Positions 22,422 to 57,099 of a stretch of 64,000 bases of DNA are shown piece by piece (the first letter of the stretch is position 1; the number at the start of each line of letters is the position of its first letter). Source of the stretch: Ophelia neglecta (Eukaryota); the NCBI GenBank assembly GCA_965285935.1, contig OZ260663.1, positions 73,036,001 to 73,100,000 of the forward strand, in the 5' to 3' direction. The position numbers were made by a program, and so were the translations under genes. The notes under the pieces were generated by a model. That model was given only the letters and a program-made list of their open reading frames with translations, made no database searches and was not told the origin of the DNA.

Positions 22422-25400
22422 CTAAGAAGGGAGGGGGATTGGGTTTCACCTTGTTGTTCATCAAGCTAGTGCAGTTTCAAGTTTTGGCCGACAGTATTTT
22501 AGATACTAGCCTTGACACTGCTTTGAACTTCCGCTGGATAACGAAAAAGTATAGCTGTATGGGCTCTAATTAACTGGGAAAAATTTACCAACCTTAGCAT
22601 GAAAAAATAGACTTATGGTGGCGAACTAAAGTATTTGTTAACATTATAATAAACCAGGTAATTTACAAATAATTGCAAGCTACTACCCTGTCAAAACACA
22701 CCCATGGTACTGTAAGCTTTAAATAACACTTAAGGGTAGGAATAACGGCCAGATCAGTTCTCAGATTCTAATCCTACTCAAAGCAAACTGACATAAATTT
22801 CATATAGGGCAATTTTGTGCTTTCTATCCATTAAAGATAATTTGAGTTTCAAAGGCCATTCTAAAGACTGGTCTGATAAGGAGCACCAATGGGACAGCAT
22901 TCTCTGCAACTCTTTAATTTTTCCTGGGACTTTTATTTCTCAAATTTTGCAAGCAGGTTCAAACAGCATAATTAAATAACTGCAAATTAAGGGCCTATGA
23001 GAACCTAATGTAGGTAGCTCTAAAATGCAGAATAAAAGGGCAGAAAAACAAATAAATCAAAGTTTCCAAGCTTGCACAGAACTGACCAAATGCCAGTTAG
23101 GGCCCAAACATTTCAATTGGCCATAATGTATAAATATATGTATAATGTAACACTAATCAAAGGGGTTCAGTAACATTTTATATGATGTTAATTACCATCC
23201 AGTTTCTCCAAATGTACTATACTGCATTGTTTCCCTTTACCCTTGACCACATAATCCAGACCTCTCATCATACATACAGTGTTAGTGTGTACGCCCATAT
23301 TGGTCAATAAATAAAGGGCCTGTCTACCATATGATAGATGTGCTGACACTTAAAGCCATTTTAGTCTAAAGTCTTTTATATATCACACACAGACCAAATC
23401 ATGTTTCAAGTAACTAAGTAGTAAAGTGATTGGGCCATCATAAAAATCACCAATATGGATAGACTCTAGTGGAAATGAGACAATAAAACCGCCTCTTTCT
23501 GCAAGAGTTCTGACAACTTTGGAGTTTTGGGCCATCTGTGCCACAATGGTTGGTTGATCAAAAAGTCTCAGCAGAAATTAAAGATGAAATTCAGTTTGTC
23601 TCAAACAAACCTATTGTACTTGAGTTTTAATGTAATGACACAAGGCTGTTGAAATATTGACATTATATATTTGAAGAAATATTCTTTAGGCAATAACGGA
23701 TGTGTTACCTATAAAATTCGTTAGTTTTAACATATTTATTTATTCTGGATTGATCTAATAGTACATATACTAACCGGGAGATCTCCCCAGTGGTGCATTG
23801 AAATTTAAACAAAAATTAAATGTGCGTCATGCTAATAATATTTGATAATTGAAAAATTTGTTCCTCCTTACTAGTCTAGTAAACATTCTATTATTTTGAA
23901 TGTATCGTGGTCAATATTAAACTTGGTAACTTGAAATTAAGCTCACTTGCATGAAACCCTCAAATTAAAAAAGTTTGGTCAGGGAAAGGTGATAAGAAAC
24001 ATATAAGGTTCTACTTTTTAACATGCAGCTTCAGATTTGTTATCTATTTTTGGCACATTGTACAAATGTACATGACAGTGGCTGGGTTTTGTCATTAACT
24101 GAAGAAAAAAATGCATGCTTAACCCGCCACATGGCAAGTAATCAAGTGCAGAAGCAGGTTAAAAATTACCCTTTGGGTTGTCAAGGAAAAATGCAGCCAC
24201 AAAAAGGAAGATTTTGATTTTTTGTAGATAAAGATTAATTTGAATAGAAGGCATCTTTTGACAAAATATGAGTACTGGTCTGCCGACCAATTAGATGGTG
24301 TTCGCGTATCGAACATACTGCAAATTTATTTTGGGAGGAGAAATGTCAAGGAAAAGGCAATAAACCCCACATTGACTGCATTCTTCCTTGACACAATGTA
24401 TATACAGCGTTTTTCCTTGACATCATAACAATTTACTAGCTAGTCAATGGTAAAGTTAGCATTCTACCTTGACATCATAATAATATAAGGGGCAGTAAAC
24501 GGTGAAGTTCTTTCTTCCTTCAAGCTATGTGTGTACTACGTTTTATCTTGACATCACACTCGTTGATTGGCAGTAAGTACAATTTGCATGGACTAATTTG
24601 ATTGGTTTGCATGCTTACAATTATGCACCCAATTGTCACATGGATATTTGCACACATGGTGGTCATAAGCAAAAGTACAACGGACCCTAAATACAAGTAA
24701 ATCAGTTGTTACAATACATTATTTTCCTGCAATTATATTTAAAGATAAATTTGAAATAAATAAAATTGTGAGTATGTATAAATTCAAATATTACTTAACA
24801 AATTGTGCTGCAATTTGCTTTTTCATGCAATTTCCAGTGTTTTAGAACACAATTTATTGGGGTTGTCTGAAACCTACTCTTGCTTTGACTTTGCAAAGAG
24901 TAGTTTTGTGACAGACATTATAATTTCATATCCATTTTAATTGGTGGGGGGCTTACGTTTCTAAACGCCTTGTTAAGTCATTCATTAGATTTGTTCACTA
25001 TCAAGACATGTTTTATATGTGTGAGGGGGTTAAAAAAGTTACATTGTGTAGTTCCGGACCGTCACACCTACACACACCCATTAAGAGTGAACACTCACTA
25101 GTTTTCACTTTTTCCGTCTTTTTTAGGTAGGTCTAGCATGATTGAAAGGCTTTTTTTTTGGGGGGGGGGGGCTCCAGGCATTTTTGTCCGACCCCCCCCC
25201 CTTTTATATACGGCCCTTCCACCTTGACTTTCATACTGAAGGTTTCCTTAAGGTTCCCTATGTCTGTGAATGTATGTTTTTTTCTTGTAGTACTGGTAAT
25301 TTTGATATTTTCATGATAGATTTATTTGGTTTTCTCTTAGTATACGGCGCTAAATCTAAGCTGATTCATATAAAGATGGCTGGTACAAGTACAAGGGTTA

Positions 25401-25539
25401 GGGGTGGGCGGTAAAGTGATTCATAATGACCAACATTCAGATGATTCAATGGTTGGCACAAATATTTCAAGATTTATGTCTTACTATAAACGACAATTAC
25501 TGTTGAATGTAGCCTTACCCCCCGACACCCAACCACAAA

Positions 25540-25743
25540 TCATGACATATATACGGCACTGGATGACCTGAAATCGACCTCTTTGTTCGCCGACTCTCTT
25601 CCGGAGTCCCTACTCGGAATGTGGATAATTCCCAAACGGCCACCCGGACCGTGGATAATTGACGTGCGCAGACTCAATGGGACCATTAAATGTCCGAGCG
25701 CATGCGTGACCCAATTCTCATCTGTGTAGTCAGATGTTTCCCA
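25540..25743 (+). promoter_or_regulatory. CpG-rich promoter / 5' region of the ZSWIM gene
   Basis: Local CpG enrichment, ETS-like CTTCCGG near 25598, NRF1-like GCGCATGCG near 25698, and duplicated GTGGATAATT, directly upstream of exon 1. Confidence 0.55.
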
Positions 25744-46238
<20,495 letters not shown>

Positions 46239-46910
46239 AAGTTAGGGATATTTTCTTTTTCTCATTTATTAAGTTATTTCAGTTGCCAAAGACAGCAATA
46301 TAAAACAGAAAAGAAATGATATTATAATGTTGCAAACCAGAATACCTCATTGGAACGAAATGTACAAGTTTTGCATACATATGCAATTGTAACTGCCAAA
46401 GCAAGTTCAACTCCAACTTACAATATCAATGGTGTACTACTAACAATATCAACTTGCACTATTCCACAAGCAAAGAGAGCTTGAGAGTTTTATTATTCCA
46501 ATAGAAAGTCTGTGGCAAAAGGGCAATTCCATTTATTCTCAACTAGGTTGAAGTTTTACATATTGCATGTTAAAGAATGATATCTCCAAAATCAACCAAT
46601 GAATGAATCAGGGAACTTTGTGTGTTTAACACCAGCAACTAAATCTTCTAGAATAATACCTCAGAAATGTCTAATTTCAACTGTGCACCTGCGCAGTTCT
46701 ACTTCAATGTTGGGTGTTATTTAAATATGTAGTATTTACAGTTTACATGTATCTGTGTGTGTGTATATATTTGTCTACTGTTAAGATTCTATCCATTTGG
46801 AATCAGTGTGGCAGTCGGTCAACTATGGGGTAAAATTTAACTGGAATTTAAGGTTTAAATATCCCAAAAGCAACTGTGCAATACAATGCAAAGTGATTCA
46901 TCAAGTCATT

Positions 46911-46974
46911 AAACCCATACACATAGGAGGTGAACCCCATACCTATAGGAGTTAAACCCCATACACATAGGAGG
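46911..46974. repeat. Short tandem repeat, about 22 bp x3, in putative ZSWIM 3' UTR
   Basis: AACCC(C)ATAC(A/C)(C/T)ATAGGAG occurs three times. Confidence 0.75.
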
Positions 46975-47419
46975 AGAATATGTGTATTGCATAGTGGAAT
47001 CTTTCATGCTCATAATGTGACAAGAATCACTGAATGATCGTGTATATAATCCTGATTGGTTATTGTCAACAATTTCACCAGAAACTTTTTTTCTGTTGAT
47101 TTGAGTTGATTATTTAAGTTATACTTAAAGTGTATCTATTGTGCTTTGTTTAATAGTTTTGTTGTTTGTTAATGATTGCTTAATCTGAGGGTTTGTAAAG
47201 TATTCAGTGTATGAAAACCCATTGGATAAGATTCAATAGTGGAGAGACTGTCAACACTGTTGTTGCCATATATAGGATATATTCAGAATTCCTTAGAATA
47301 TGCAGTTTGATGCTTGATACATTATGGCATCCTTTAGTTATGTAATATACGAGTAGGTAACTCTGTAGGCATTGACATTTTCTGTTAGTTTAAATCAAAG
47401 ACAACTCTAGAATTAGTGG

Positions 47420-47471
47420 TCTAGATGTTGCCTGTCTAGATGTTGCCTGTCTAGATGTAGCCTGCCTAGAT
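47420..47471. repeat. Short tandem repeat, 15 bp x3
   Basis: TCTAGATGTTGCCTG repeated. Confidence 0.75.
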
Positions 47472-50400
47472 TTATTTTGTAGTTCTCAAGGCAAAGCTAT
47501 CCGTCTTTGATGCAGCATGCTTAATTTTGAAATATAGGCGAAGGAGTTTAACGGGAAAAGTTATCTTCATGTAAAAATAAATTAGATTATATTTGAAAAA
47601 AACGCTTTTCTGGTACAGTGTTGGATGATTCATAAATATGTCAATTTTCCAAGAAGAAATCTTATACCAAGGAGATGTTTGTACATGTGTATGAATGAGA
47701 TCTTGGACTTCATTCTCATCACAAACCTTTCATAACAAGTTATCAAGTGTGAGTATGTCCATGTGTTTATGTGAATGTCAATTAAATAATTTATTACCAA
47801 CTGTTATTTGACTATATATCTATCAATATATATATATATATTTATATACAAATTGGACAGATGCTGTTGTTTCGTAGCATCTATAAATGTCAGATGGTTT
47901 ATATTGCACAACAATTTCAACAATGATTTGGATTATCATCACTACTTTGACTATTTTGAAGTTAAAGATAGAACCACCTTACATCAGACACTGGGTGCTA
48001 ATAATCAGATGTAGTATTGTATTAAAAAAAAGACGAAACCATCACAACGAGACAGCAACTAACTAGTGTCGTTCTCTTTTGGATTTAAGAAATGAAGATT
48101 TTTTAAAGAATTTGCCATCTGTTGTAAGCTGCCTGGGTCTTCTTTTATTATATTATGTTTTGGAGTACAACAATTTTTCATTTAATTCTACAGGGTGGAC
48201 TAAACTGTATCATAATTTTGTGTTTAGGGTAACATTTTATTATTGTGTCATGAATTCACTATACTTGTATGTTGTGAATTGTAAGTGTTAAAATCAGATA
48301 TGCACTCATGGTCCAAACATTGTTAAGGTCGTGCTTTTAATGTATTATGATTTTATTAATTGACAGACAAAGTTGCAATGCCCAGCCAGGGTTATCACAC
48401 TTCAGTATCAGTGTGATCAGTAGTGCTATAAGTGTTAGCAGTGTTGTCTGTATACAAGCTGTCTCACTCCTCTTTGTGGTTGGAATCAGCGTGTGTAGGG
48501 ACAAGGACTGCTACTGGGAGAAGCATAGTAATTGTGTTTATCACTAGCAATTCTTTAGAAAATCTTTATATGAAAAAGCGGTAAATAAGCAAAGGGAACC
48601 ACATTTAGGTTATGTTGTGTTTTGTCTCTTTTCTTTTTTTACTACTTTGTACTATTAATTGTACAGATTATTTTGTATGATACTTTTTAATCAATAGGAA
48701 ATCCATACAACTTAATTCAGTTGTTATTATAAGTAAAAGCTTATTTGATTGTTATGAAAAGAGATGGGATGAAAATTCTTGTTGTAGCAAAATTAGGCAT
48801 CCAAATTGTTAAAATTTAAGGGTAGTGTTGAAAACGTCAAGAATATATATTATGTGCCTACCTCAGGTTTGTACTTTAACATTTCAAGAAAATCCATGCA
48901 ACTGAAATCCTCAAAACAGTAGCTGGTTGTATATCTTGGACACAGCAACATCTCAAGTCACCAAAGGTTTGAATGCAGTAAGCAGGAGACAATATTTAAA
49001 AGATTGTCTTGGTTTGTCAGACATTTTCATAGTATTCTGCGTCTACTGGCGATGAGGCTTGTGTCTCGCTTAAATGTTTAATGGATAAATTTGTATATAC
49101 AAATATAGCATTGTTTATATTCAACAATTGACTGTGTAATTTCTGGTAATTTTGTGTACAATAACTATGATACAAATGCATGTTGTTTTAAGTTACCTGT
49201 AGATAGTGGTATGTATGATGTACCCATAATTGTCACAATGACCTGAGTGTCACAATGGTCAACTCCAACTAGAGGAAACTTTAACATAAGCAGCAGCCTC
49301 AGTTATTTTATTTTCAATTCCTTGCCATCAGTATTTGCTTGCTAGTATATGACTTTTGACCTCATTCAGTAGTTTTCTATATGTGAAAGATACTTTTAGT
49401 ATAAAAGATACCTCAAAATATTGTTAATTCTATCATTGGGCTGTTTTCTTTTTTTGTCTGTGAACTTGTCTATTTATTTCCTTGATAAGCTACTTCGACA
49501 GCAATCAATATATACAGCTTTGGATATCTATAAATTGTGCTTCAACACTTCGTATTTTGTTTAAATATGTCACTTGTATGCAAAATGTGCTTCCTAAAAG
49601 GCTCTCAGTGCACACTTTATATGCAACCAACTTAAAATGAAAATGTTCAATGGTTGGTTTCTTTTTTTATAATAATTACCTCAGATTTCCCACCAGGAAA
49701 ATTAATGCATTGAATCGCAACCAAATGCTTTATTTTTATTCCTTCACATCTTTTTTCAATTTTAATAAACATGCCATCTGTTTTTAAAAAAATTGCATTA
49801 GATCTAATTTTTACTGTAATATAAAGATCTGATATTGTGTAAAAAGCAAACTTGTTAAGAATTAAGTACTCGATGGTGATTGTACGGTGAAGTCTTTCTT
49901 AGTGTATGTCAATTCAGCTTTTTTGTCACTGATGTTGTCGAGTGATGGTTCCTGTGTTTTGTACCTAAATATCAGTATAGCAATGTCTGTTTAATGGCGT
50001 GTTGGTAAATGGAAAGCACAGATATTGTTTCACAAATACAATTTCATCCCTGTTATGGTATAGCTCCAAGCCCCTATTTGCATGGTTCGAAGTTAATAGG
50101 CTAAACTTTCAACAATATGATCTGGTAATGCTTCAGTAAAATGATTGAGAGAAATTATGATAGAAAAAATCAGGTGCAAATGATTTCAGCATTGAGTATA
50201 AATGACCATATAATCTGTACATGTCTGTTTTAAATGTATGTCTAAATTATGGAATGATTGACTATGGAAATGATGGAAAGCAACAATAAATTGATATGAA
50301 AATTGAGGTTCATAGTTTTTTTTTGCAATTGGATTAAATTGTAGGTGAACTAAGGTAGATGTAGTAAATGAACTTGTATTAATACATGTCATTTCCATAT

Positions 50401-50951
50401 AGGCCTATAAACATGTAGCTTGGAGTTGGCACTGAAAAATTAGTTATTATTCCCTCCTCATTTAAATATAAATATGATTAGTTTCATTTTACCGTATTGA
50501 ATTGATGTTTCCCCAATAAATTCTGTCAAAGGGGTACCTTTTTGAGGAATTCCTATCATAAAGACCCCTGTTTTTAGAGCTGTGGGGATCACCCCAAACC
50601 TACATTAAAGGCAATTGAAACACCTAAAATAAAATGGTAGTGCTATGGAGTCTTAAGAACAACTCTATGGACTGTCGTTACGTGACAATAGTAATGCTTA
50701 GTTTTAGCATTACAACTCCCTTTAAATTTTTCTTTCCATTACATCTTACGTTTAGCAATTTTAGTATTTTAATTTAAGATTATAGTTTTATGCAATCAGT
50801 GCTTGGCTCAAACAGTGTCTTACCAGTCAGTTAATGTACTAAGCGTATACCATCATAACTAAACTACTATAAAAAGTAGTATACTTGAAGCGACATGATG
50901 ATACGATGGAAATAGTTTTCAGGGTGGATTACTTGTTATCATCCAATCAAG

Positions 50952-53900
50952 ATGGCAGACGACGAGCAGCAGGCCGGTGCTGTCGGTGATGAAGGTGTGT
51001 TGCTTCAGCGTCAGCGAAAGGAGATCAAGGCGCTTCAAAGTATGCTCGCAGATCATGAATAGTGATGTGATTTATTTGACGGCTATAAATTTGATTGTTC
51101 TGAGATGCTTGAATTTAAAGTTGGAACTGTATACATGCTCTGCACTATGTATGTAGACTGGACCATGATACCGAGTCCTGTGCCTCTACTATTTGCTCTG
51201 CTCCACGGGAGTACAGTATTGAAAGGACGGCAGATTGCTGGTCTTTAATTATGTGGTTGGTCCTTATCGGTAGACAAGACGGTCTTCGGGTCATATTAAG
51301 GGATGGTCAATTACTAAGGGAATGGGCTGGCACCGCAAATGCATACAAGTAAACTCCAGTGTTGATTAAAATCTTATTTCACATAAAGCAGCGTACTTTA
51401 GACTGGGAATACAAATTGAGAAAACAGAATTGGGGTCAGCGCCAAAATAAAAATCACTCGCCTGATGAAAAAAGCTGTGGAAGATGTTTATTTACACCAA
51501 TTAAACTACATGTACATGTATACTGATGGTTGCAGGACAAGTTCAAAATATCAGCCTTGCCTCTTATTTCTTCAGCCTAAGCTTTTAATTATACAAATTA
51601 ACAAAAATGGAGAAGCATCCAACTTTACATCTTGCCCAAAGCCATTTTGATTACTGCAACTCTTACCGAAAACTCTGATCTCCTTTTTAGATAGTTCCTT
51701 CAAAGAATTGTGAGGCAGTTTCATGTTGTGCATGCGTTGACTTAGTAATGCGAGATGTTAGCGGCAGCAGGTTTTCAAGATGGTGGTGCTTGTCTCGAAA
51801 CATTGACAAATATTTTTTATAATATCCGTTTACTAGCCTGATTGAATGAAAGAAATTTGTTTGATGGTAAGGTTGATATTTTAGACGCACTTGGAACAAA
51901 TCCTGATACTTTGGGATGCGGTTTTGTATTAAACTTTTCACATGGCAATTTTTTGGGGATTTTGCAAGGGATGGCTCAGTAATCGGACTTTGAAATGAAT
52001 AGTGTTAATCAAGGCTCTGCAATAACTTTTCTCAGCACTTGCCCTGAGGGCAAGAAGCACCAGGAAACTACTTGCCCGCACCATAGGCTTACTGTCCCAA
52101 AAATATTTGTACATATAAAATATACAAGAAATCAAACAATCAGCAATTTGGGAATTTTAGCAGGTTGCACGGCGGGAAGTTAGTAACTAAAACCTTTGTG
52201 GCCGCAAGCAGATTCGAGGTGCCCCAGAATGTCGGGCAATAGTTAGTGTAGACCTGTGGTTAATATAAAAAATTAGTATTGATCTTATAACATTAATTTT
52301 TGTGCACATATCATTTGAGGATTCGGGCTACAATTTGGTTTATAACATTAAGCTAGATAGGTGGATAGGTATGGTCTTCTTTGTTTTTTTTACACCCCTC
52401 CTTGACTGTTCTTCTCTGTCACAGCCTGGATCAACAGAATGCCAGTATTCAGGAAAAAACTAGTGGTCAAGATAAAAACTGATAAGACTTTCAGAAGGAA
52501 ATTGAGCTACTTTTGAACAGGAAATGTCTAGTTGTCTATCCCGGAAGCTAGGTGTCTCGACATCTCAGAAGCTTGTCACCAGCTTATATCAACCAATCCC
52601 TAAACATTAAAATTGGTTGCCTTTTGTAGAAGAGCATGCACTCAAATCCCTAGCCCTTAGCTTGATTTTATTAGTATTCTGGAAGAAAAATCAATCCAGA
52701 TAACCTCTACTGAAGAGTATGATATTTTATCAAAGTAGTAAAGCAGAGAGCTGCGGGACCTTGATGCAGTAGTTATACAGATCTAAATGTCCTAGTAAGA
52801 TTGTATAAACCATAGCACTTACTGCAAAAATTCAATTTACTTAGTCTGTATATAATATATATAATTTTATGGTACCAGTAAACATATATTATATCAAGAC
52901 ATTATCATGAAAAGCTCCTGTTACATTAAATCTTGTCAGTGTAGTAAAACCTACTTTAATAATGATCAGCTTTGAGATGCTGGAGTTACCATTTCCATAA
53001 ACTATTGTAGGTCAGGTCCAGAAAATGAAACATGCTGTACCAAAAGGGGACAAGAAGAGAAAGAAAGAAGTGACCACCCAGATAGCTGTCCTGGAAGCTG
53101 AGCTGGACGCTAAACATGAAAAAGAACTCCAAAATTTCCATGAAAATCAGAAAATGGTAGGATTATTAGAATTATAGTTAATGTAATGAATCTGTCACAT
53201 TTTCAATATTTTTTAATTAAGTAGCTAATCGATGCACAATGGCTTAATTACCAATCAGGTGTCGGCCACTGTGGATGATGTGAACAAACTCTATCTCAAA
53301 GATGACGCCATGGCAGAAGGGGACCAAGGAGGATCTGGAGAAATAAAGGGTGGAGCAACACCCAAGAAGATGTCTAAAACCCAAAAAAGACGGGTAAATA
53401 AGTAACATACTTGATAATATAAGTGATTGGTTCAGTTATACACTGTATAAATACTGCACAATCCTGTCCTTTTATATGTTAGATGAAAACAGAAACATTA
53501 TTTATGGTCCTGTTTTTGTTTAAAAATTAATTTGAAATTTTTTTGAAATTCTGACAGGAGAAAAAAGCCCAGCAGGAAAGAGAAAGAGAACAGAGGATCC
53601 AAGAGCAAGAACGAGAAAATGAGCTGGGAGTGCGGAACATTGAAGCCAAGAAATTGAAAGCTCTACTCGCTGCTAGGAATTTAGGCATTTACGAAATACC
53701 CTCAGATGGTAACTGGTGAGCAATCCTCAATTAAACCTCAGTTTGAATTCGATCCCTTTTAAATTTCAACAAATAGTCTATAACTGATGATACAAACTTT
53801 GAAATCATGACTTTGATATAAACAGATTTGATTTCCCAAAAGTACAAATGTTTAGAAATTTGTTGATTTCCCAATTTCCTTTCCATTTACATTTTGCTTC

Positions 53901-56066
53901 AGTCCTCACACCCTAGTATTATAGATGGAATAGCCATTATTACAGCATCATTATTATACCAGATATATTAATTCTTTCTCAATCATTCTAGTTTATATTC
54001 GGCAATTGACCATCAGCTATGCCGGCTGAACAGCCCTTGTGGTGTGTCCACCCTTAGAAAAAAGACTGGTGCAGAGATGAGGGCCCGGTCAGAGTACTAC
54101 CTTCCCTTTCTATGCAAAACAGACACGGGGGATCCATATACTGAAGGTATGTCCATTGTCAAGTATTAAGGAGGTAATTGATGGTAGAACAGACTAAATG
54201 CATAACTTTAATTAAAATCAAAATCAGAAGAAAAAAACAACTAAGAAATTAACAATTTTAATGAAAACTGAAATTTTGTAGAGACAAGGAGAGTGAAAAA
54301 AAACTTTAAATACTGCGGTAATATTTTATTTGCCTAGGCATTTACTAGTACATTCCAATTTTATTGAGCTTGTATAATATGCATCTCTCTGCCTATTAAA
54401 CCATTTTATCTGATGTTTATAGTGACAATGCTAATTTGCTATATCAACTTTCTCATCCTCTAGCGGAGTATGAGGAGTACTGTGTTAAGCTTGAGACAAC
54501 CCCGGAGTGGGGTGGCCAGCTGGAGGTAAGGACGACATTGGTCATCCATTTCGGCATTCTAAATATTTTTAGTATCCATTCTATTTTTTATTTTTTTGGA
54601 AATGATATTTATGACTTGTTTGATATTAGGTTTGTACTTGAATCAAGATTTTTTTTCCAGATCACAGCTTTGTCCCATGCTTTGGGAAAACCAATAGAGG
54701 TGATTCAAGCAGATGGACCTAGTATAATTGTAGGAGAAGACTTGGAGAGCAGCACTATACTGCTGACGTAAGTCTGGTTAACTTGTCCACAGTATTATGT
54801 CTAATGTGTGTCATTTGTTTCTGACAAAACGTAATGGTTAATGTGAGTTATTTGTTTCTGCAGAAGAGTTATTATCAGGACAAAAAAATTTAATTATATA
54901 TCCAGCACATTGTTGCAGGAGAAATGTTTTTCTTTGAACTGAATTATGTCAAATTGATCATTTAGTTGCCCATTAATACATGTACAAACAACATAGTGCA
55001 ATAGAAATGGCCCCCTTTTTGCTAAGTGGTAAAAGTTCAGCTTCCAAAGCACAATGCAGATGGTTCGCTCCATAGCTGCATGTCCCAAAGAGACTGCCAA
55101 TATGACATAAGTCTTGCACCCAGAGCTTTGAATGTTAGTTAAGCCCTATCCGGATTTTTTTTCATGCACTGGGCAATATAAGTTTTGCACCGAGAGTGCC
55201 CCACCTCGGTGGGAGATCCCACAATATATCCGGAGCTGGCTTCATTGAAGAGCAGGCAAGGGCTTGACCTGGGAAGCTTTTAATGATAATAAAACATGCA
55301 TTCTTGTATTAAACTGTGAGTCCCGTCATAAAGAGAGCATTACAGCATACATTAATACATGTAGATATAATAGGGATATATCAATATGCAGGTCTAAACA
55401 CAATACATACGTCTATAAAATAAGGCATTCAGGGTAAACCTATTATAGTGAGTGTACAAGGGTTGAAATTGATACAAGAAAATGCTAGGAGACTATTTTT
55501 TTAAATAAATAAAAATTGAAGTTACTTTTGAATGAGCTGACATAGGTGAGGTCATTAAAATTTTACTCAAGTGGGACAAGGAGGTTTGTCTATTCCAGTG
55601 GACAAGCTTTACACATCTTTATATTATTGCCATTGATGGTGGCTCAGTGATGGGGGCTTTCCCAGCTATTTGTTCAGGAAAATACATATCAAACAGTACT
55701 GAGGAGATTTCCTACTGACCTTGATATGTTTGACCTTTTTAATGACATATTGCCTGTCACTGATTGGCCAGGTGTTGTGTGTTTTTCCAACATGCAGTGC
55801 ACATATTAAATCCGCCTTTTGGATGACCCATAAGTTATCAAATCCATAGTAAATGTATCAGCCCTGTAGGTATGTCGTATATATTATCATAGTTCCAGAA
55901 GTATGGTACTCTTAACATCCTGTTTAATAAGCCCTGGCCTTTGTGTATTGAGCTATTTGTAATTATTTACAGATATCATCGCCATGCCTACAAGTTGGGA
56001 GAACATTACAACTCGGTTGTACCAATTAGTGAAGTGGAGCAAAATTCTGAGGATGAATTCAGCTAA
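50952..56066 (+). CDS. OTUD6B: OTU domain deubiquitinase OTUD6B, 314 aa
   Basis: Exons 50952-51039, 53011-53156, 53259-53393, 53558-53715, 53992-54146, 54464-54525, 54661-54767, 55973-56066 (945 nt, in phase). N-terminal LQRQRKEIKALQ...KGDKKRKKEV...ELDAKHEKEL, then KMSKTQKRREKK; OTU Cys box IPSDGNCLYSAI, WGGQLEI.ALS, His box YHRHAYKLGEHYNSV. Confidence 0.96.
52010..52256. mobile_element. hAT-like MITE in OTUD6B intron 1
   Basis: Imperfect TIRs CAAGGCTCTGCAATAACT / AGTTAGTGTAGACCTG, internal CTTGCCC / GGGCAA motifs, and flanks GTGTTAAT / TGGTTAAT resembling a decayed 8-bp TSD. Confidence 0.55.
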
Positions 56067-57099
56067 CACATCAACTGTTGTTCTGAGTTTGGAAAGGATG
56101 CTATAATAAACAGTCTCAATCGTGCAACAACATTTCTCATCCTGGCTGCAGATAACTTTCGTGGCAGATGACTGTATATTATGAGGATACATTCTTATAT
56201 TGGAAGGATACTTTCTTAGGACTGTGCATCACAATATAAAGAGCTTTCTCTTTTAAAACAATGGTAAATGGAATAGTGTGGTGAGAACAAGTACCTGAGA
56301 ATATTGCAACACCGGCCGATCCTTTTATTTATTGGTGTTGATAGGGGAGATATATAAGACAAGATTTCCTATTGTACATCATGGACATGATATCTGTCGC
56401 TGGCAACAGAGATACAGCAATTAGATTAATCTTAAATGTGTGCCAATAGGCTCCACTAAGGAAGCTAGTTTAATACAGAATTTGTATTTTTAGTTTATTC
56501 TGGTATGAAGTTTTATTGTTAAAATATTTTCAGATTTCTTTTCTATGAGTCATTAAGTGAGCACATCACCTATAGCCAAATACGGCTAACTGGGAGTGCC
56601 AGCTGGCATAGGAGACCCAGTTATAGGTCTAGATGATCCGAGGGGGCTTCTTTTCAACTATTATCCCTTTTGGGGGCTAGATTTGCCACTTCAAAGCTTT
56701 GTGACCACAAGCTAAACAATGTGTTGTTTAACAGTGCCTAGTCGTTTAATGGTCTTGTTTCATGCTATCAGCCTTGAATATAGAGGTGATAACCTCATTG
56801 ATAACATCTTGCCTGCCATCTTCTATGTTAATATTGTTTTATTGTTTGTATATATACCCATGTGAGGGCAGGTTGTGCCAAGTAGCAGTTTTTTTCCCCA
56901 TGCTTGTTTGGATAACACAATGGGCTGATATCATATGTATTTATAACAATAGTGAATTGACAGGAATGGTGATGTAAGACATCACATTTTGTAGCCAATG
57001 TTTCCTGGTTGTAAAGCCTAAAATACTGGCCCCACCTGTCGCAAAGAAAAAAATGTGGGCATATGTATGTATTGTGCATTGAGGCTCTCAGGTAGCCAA

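Noticed and set aside
22145-22573. 142-aa ORF with a repeated hydrophobic peptide
   Set aside because: Artefact of the 99-bp (33-codon) tandem repeat, with a TTG start and no homology recognised.
24835-24920. U7 snRNA (CAGTGTT start, Sm-like site, 3' hairpin)
   Set aside because: The Sm site is not the U7-type AATTTGTCTAG, and no histone-downstream-element complement is evident. Kept only as an unexplained hairpin.
52405-52440. miR-2-family-like seed (TCACAGCC)
   Set aside because: No complementary arm forming a pre-miRNA hairpin, and the rest does not match the mature sequence.
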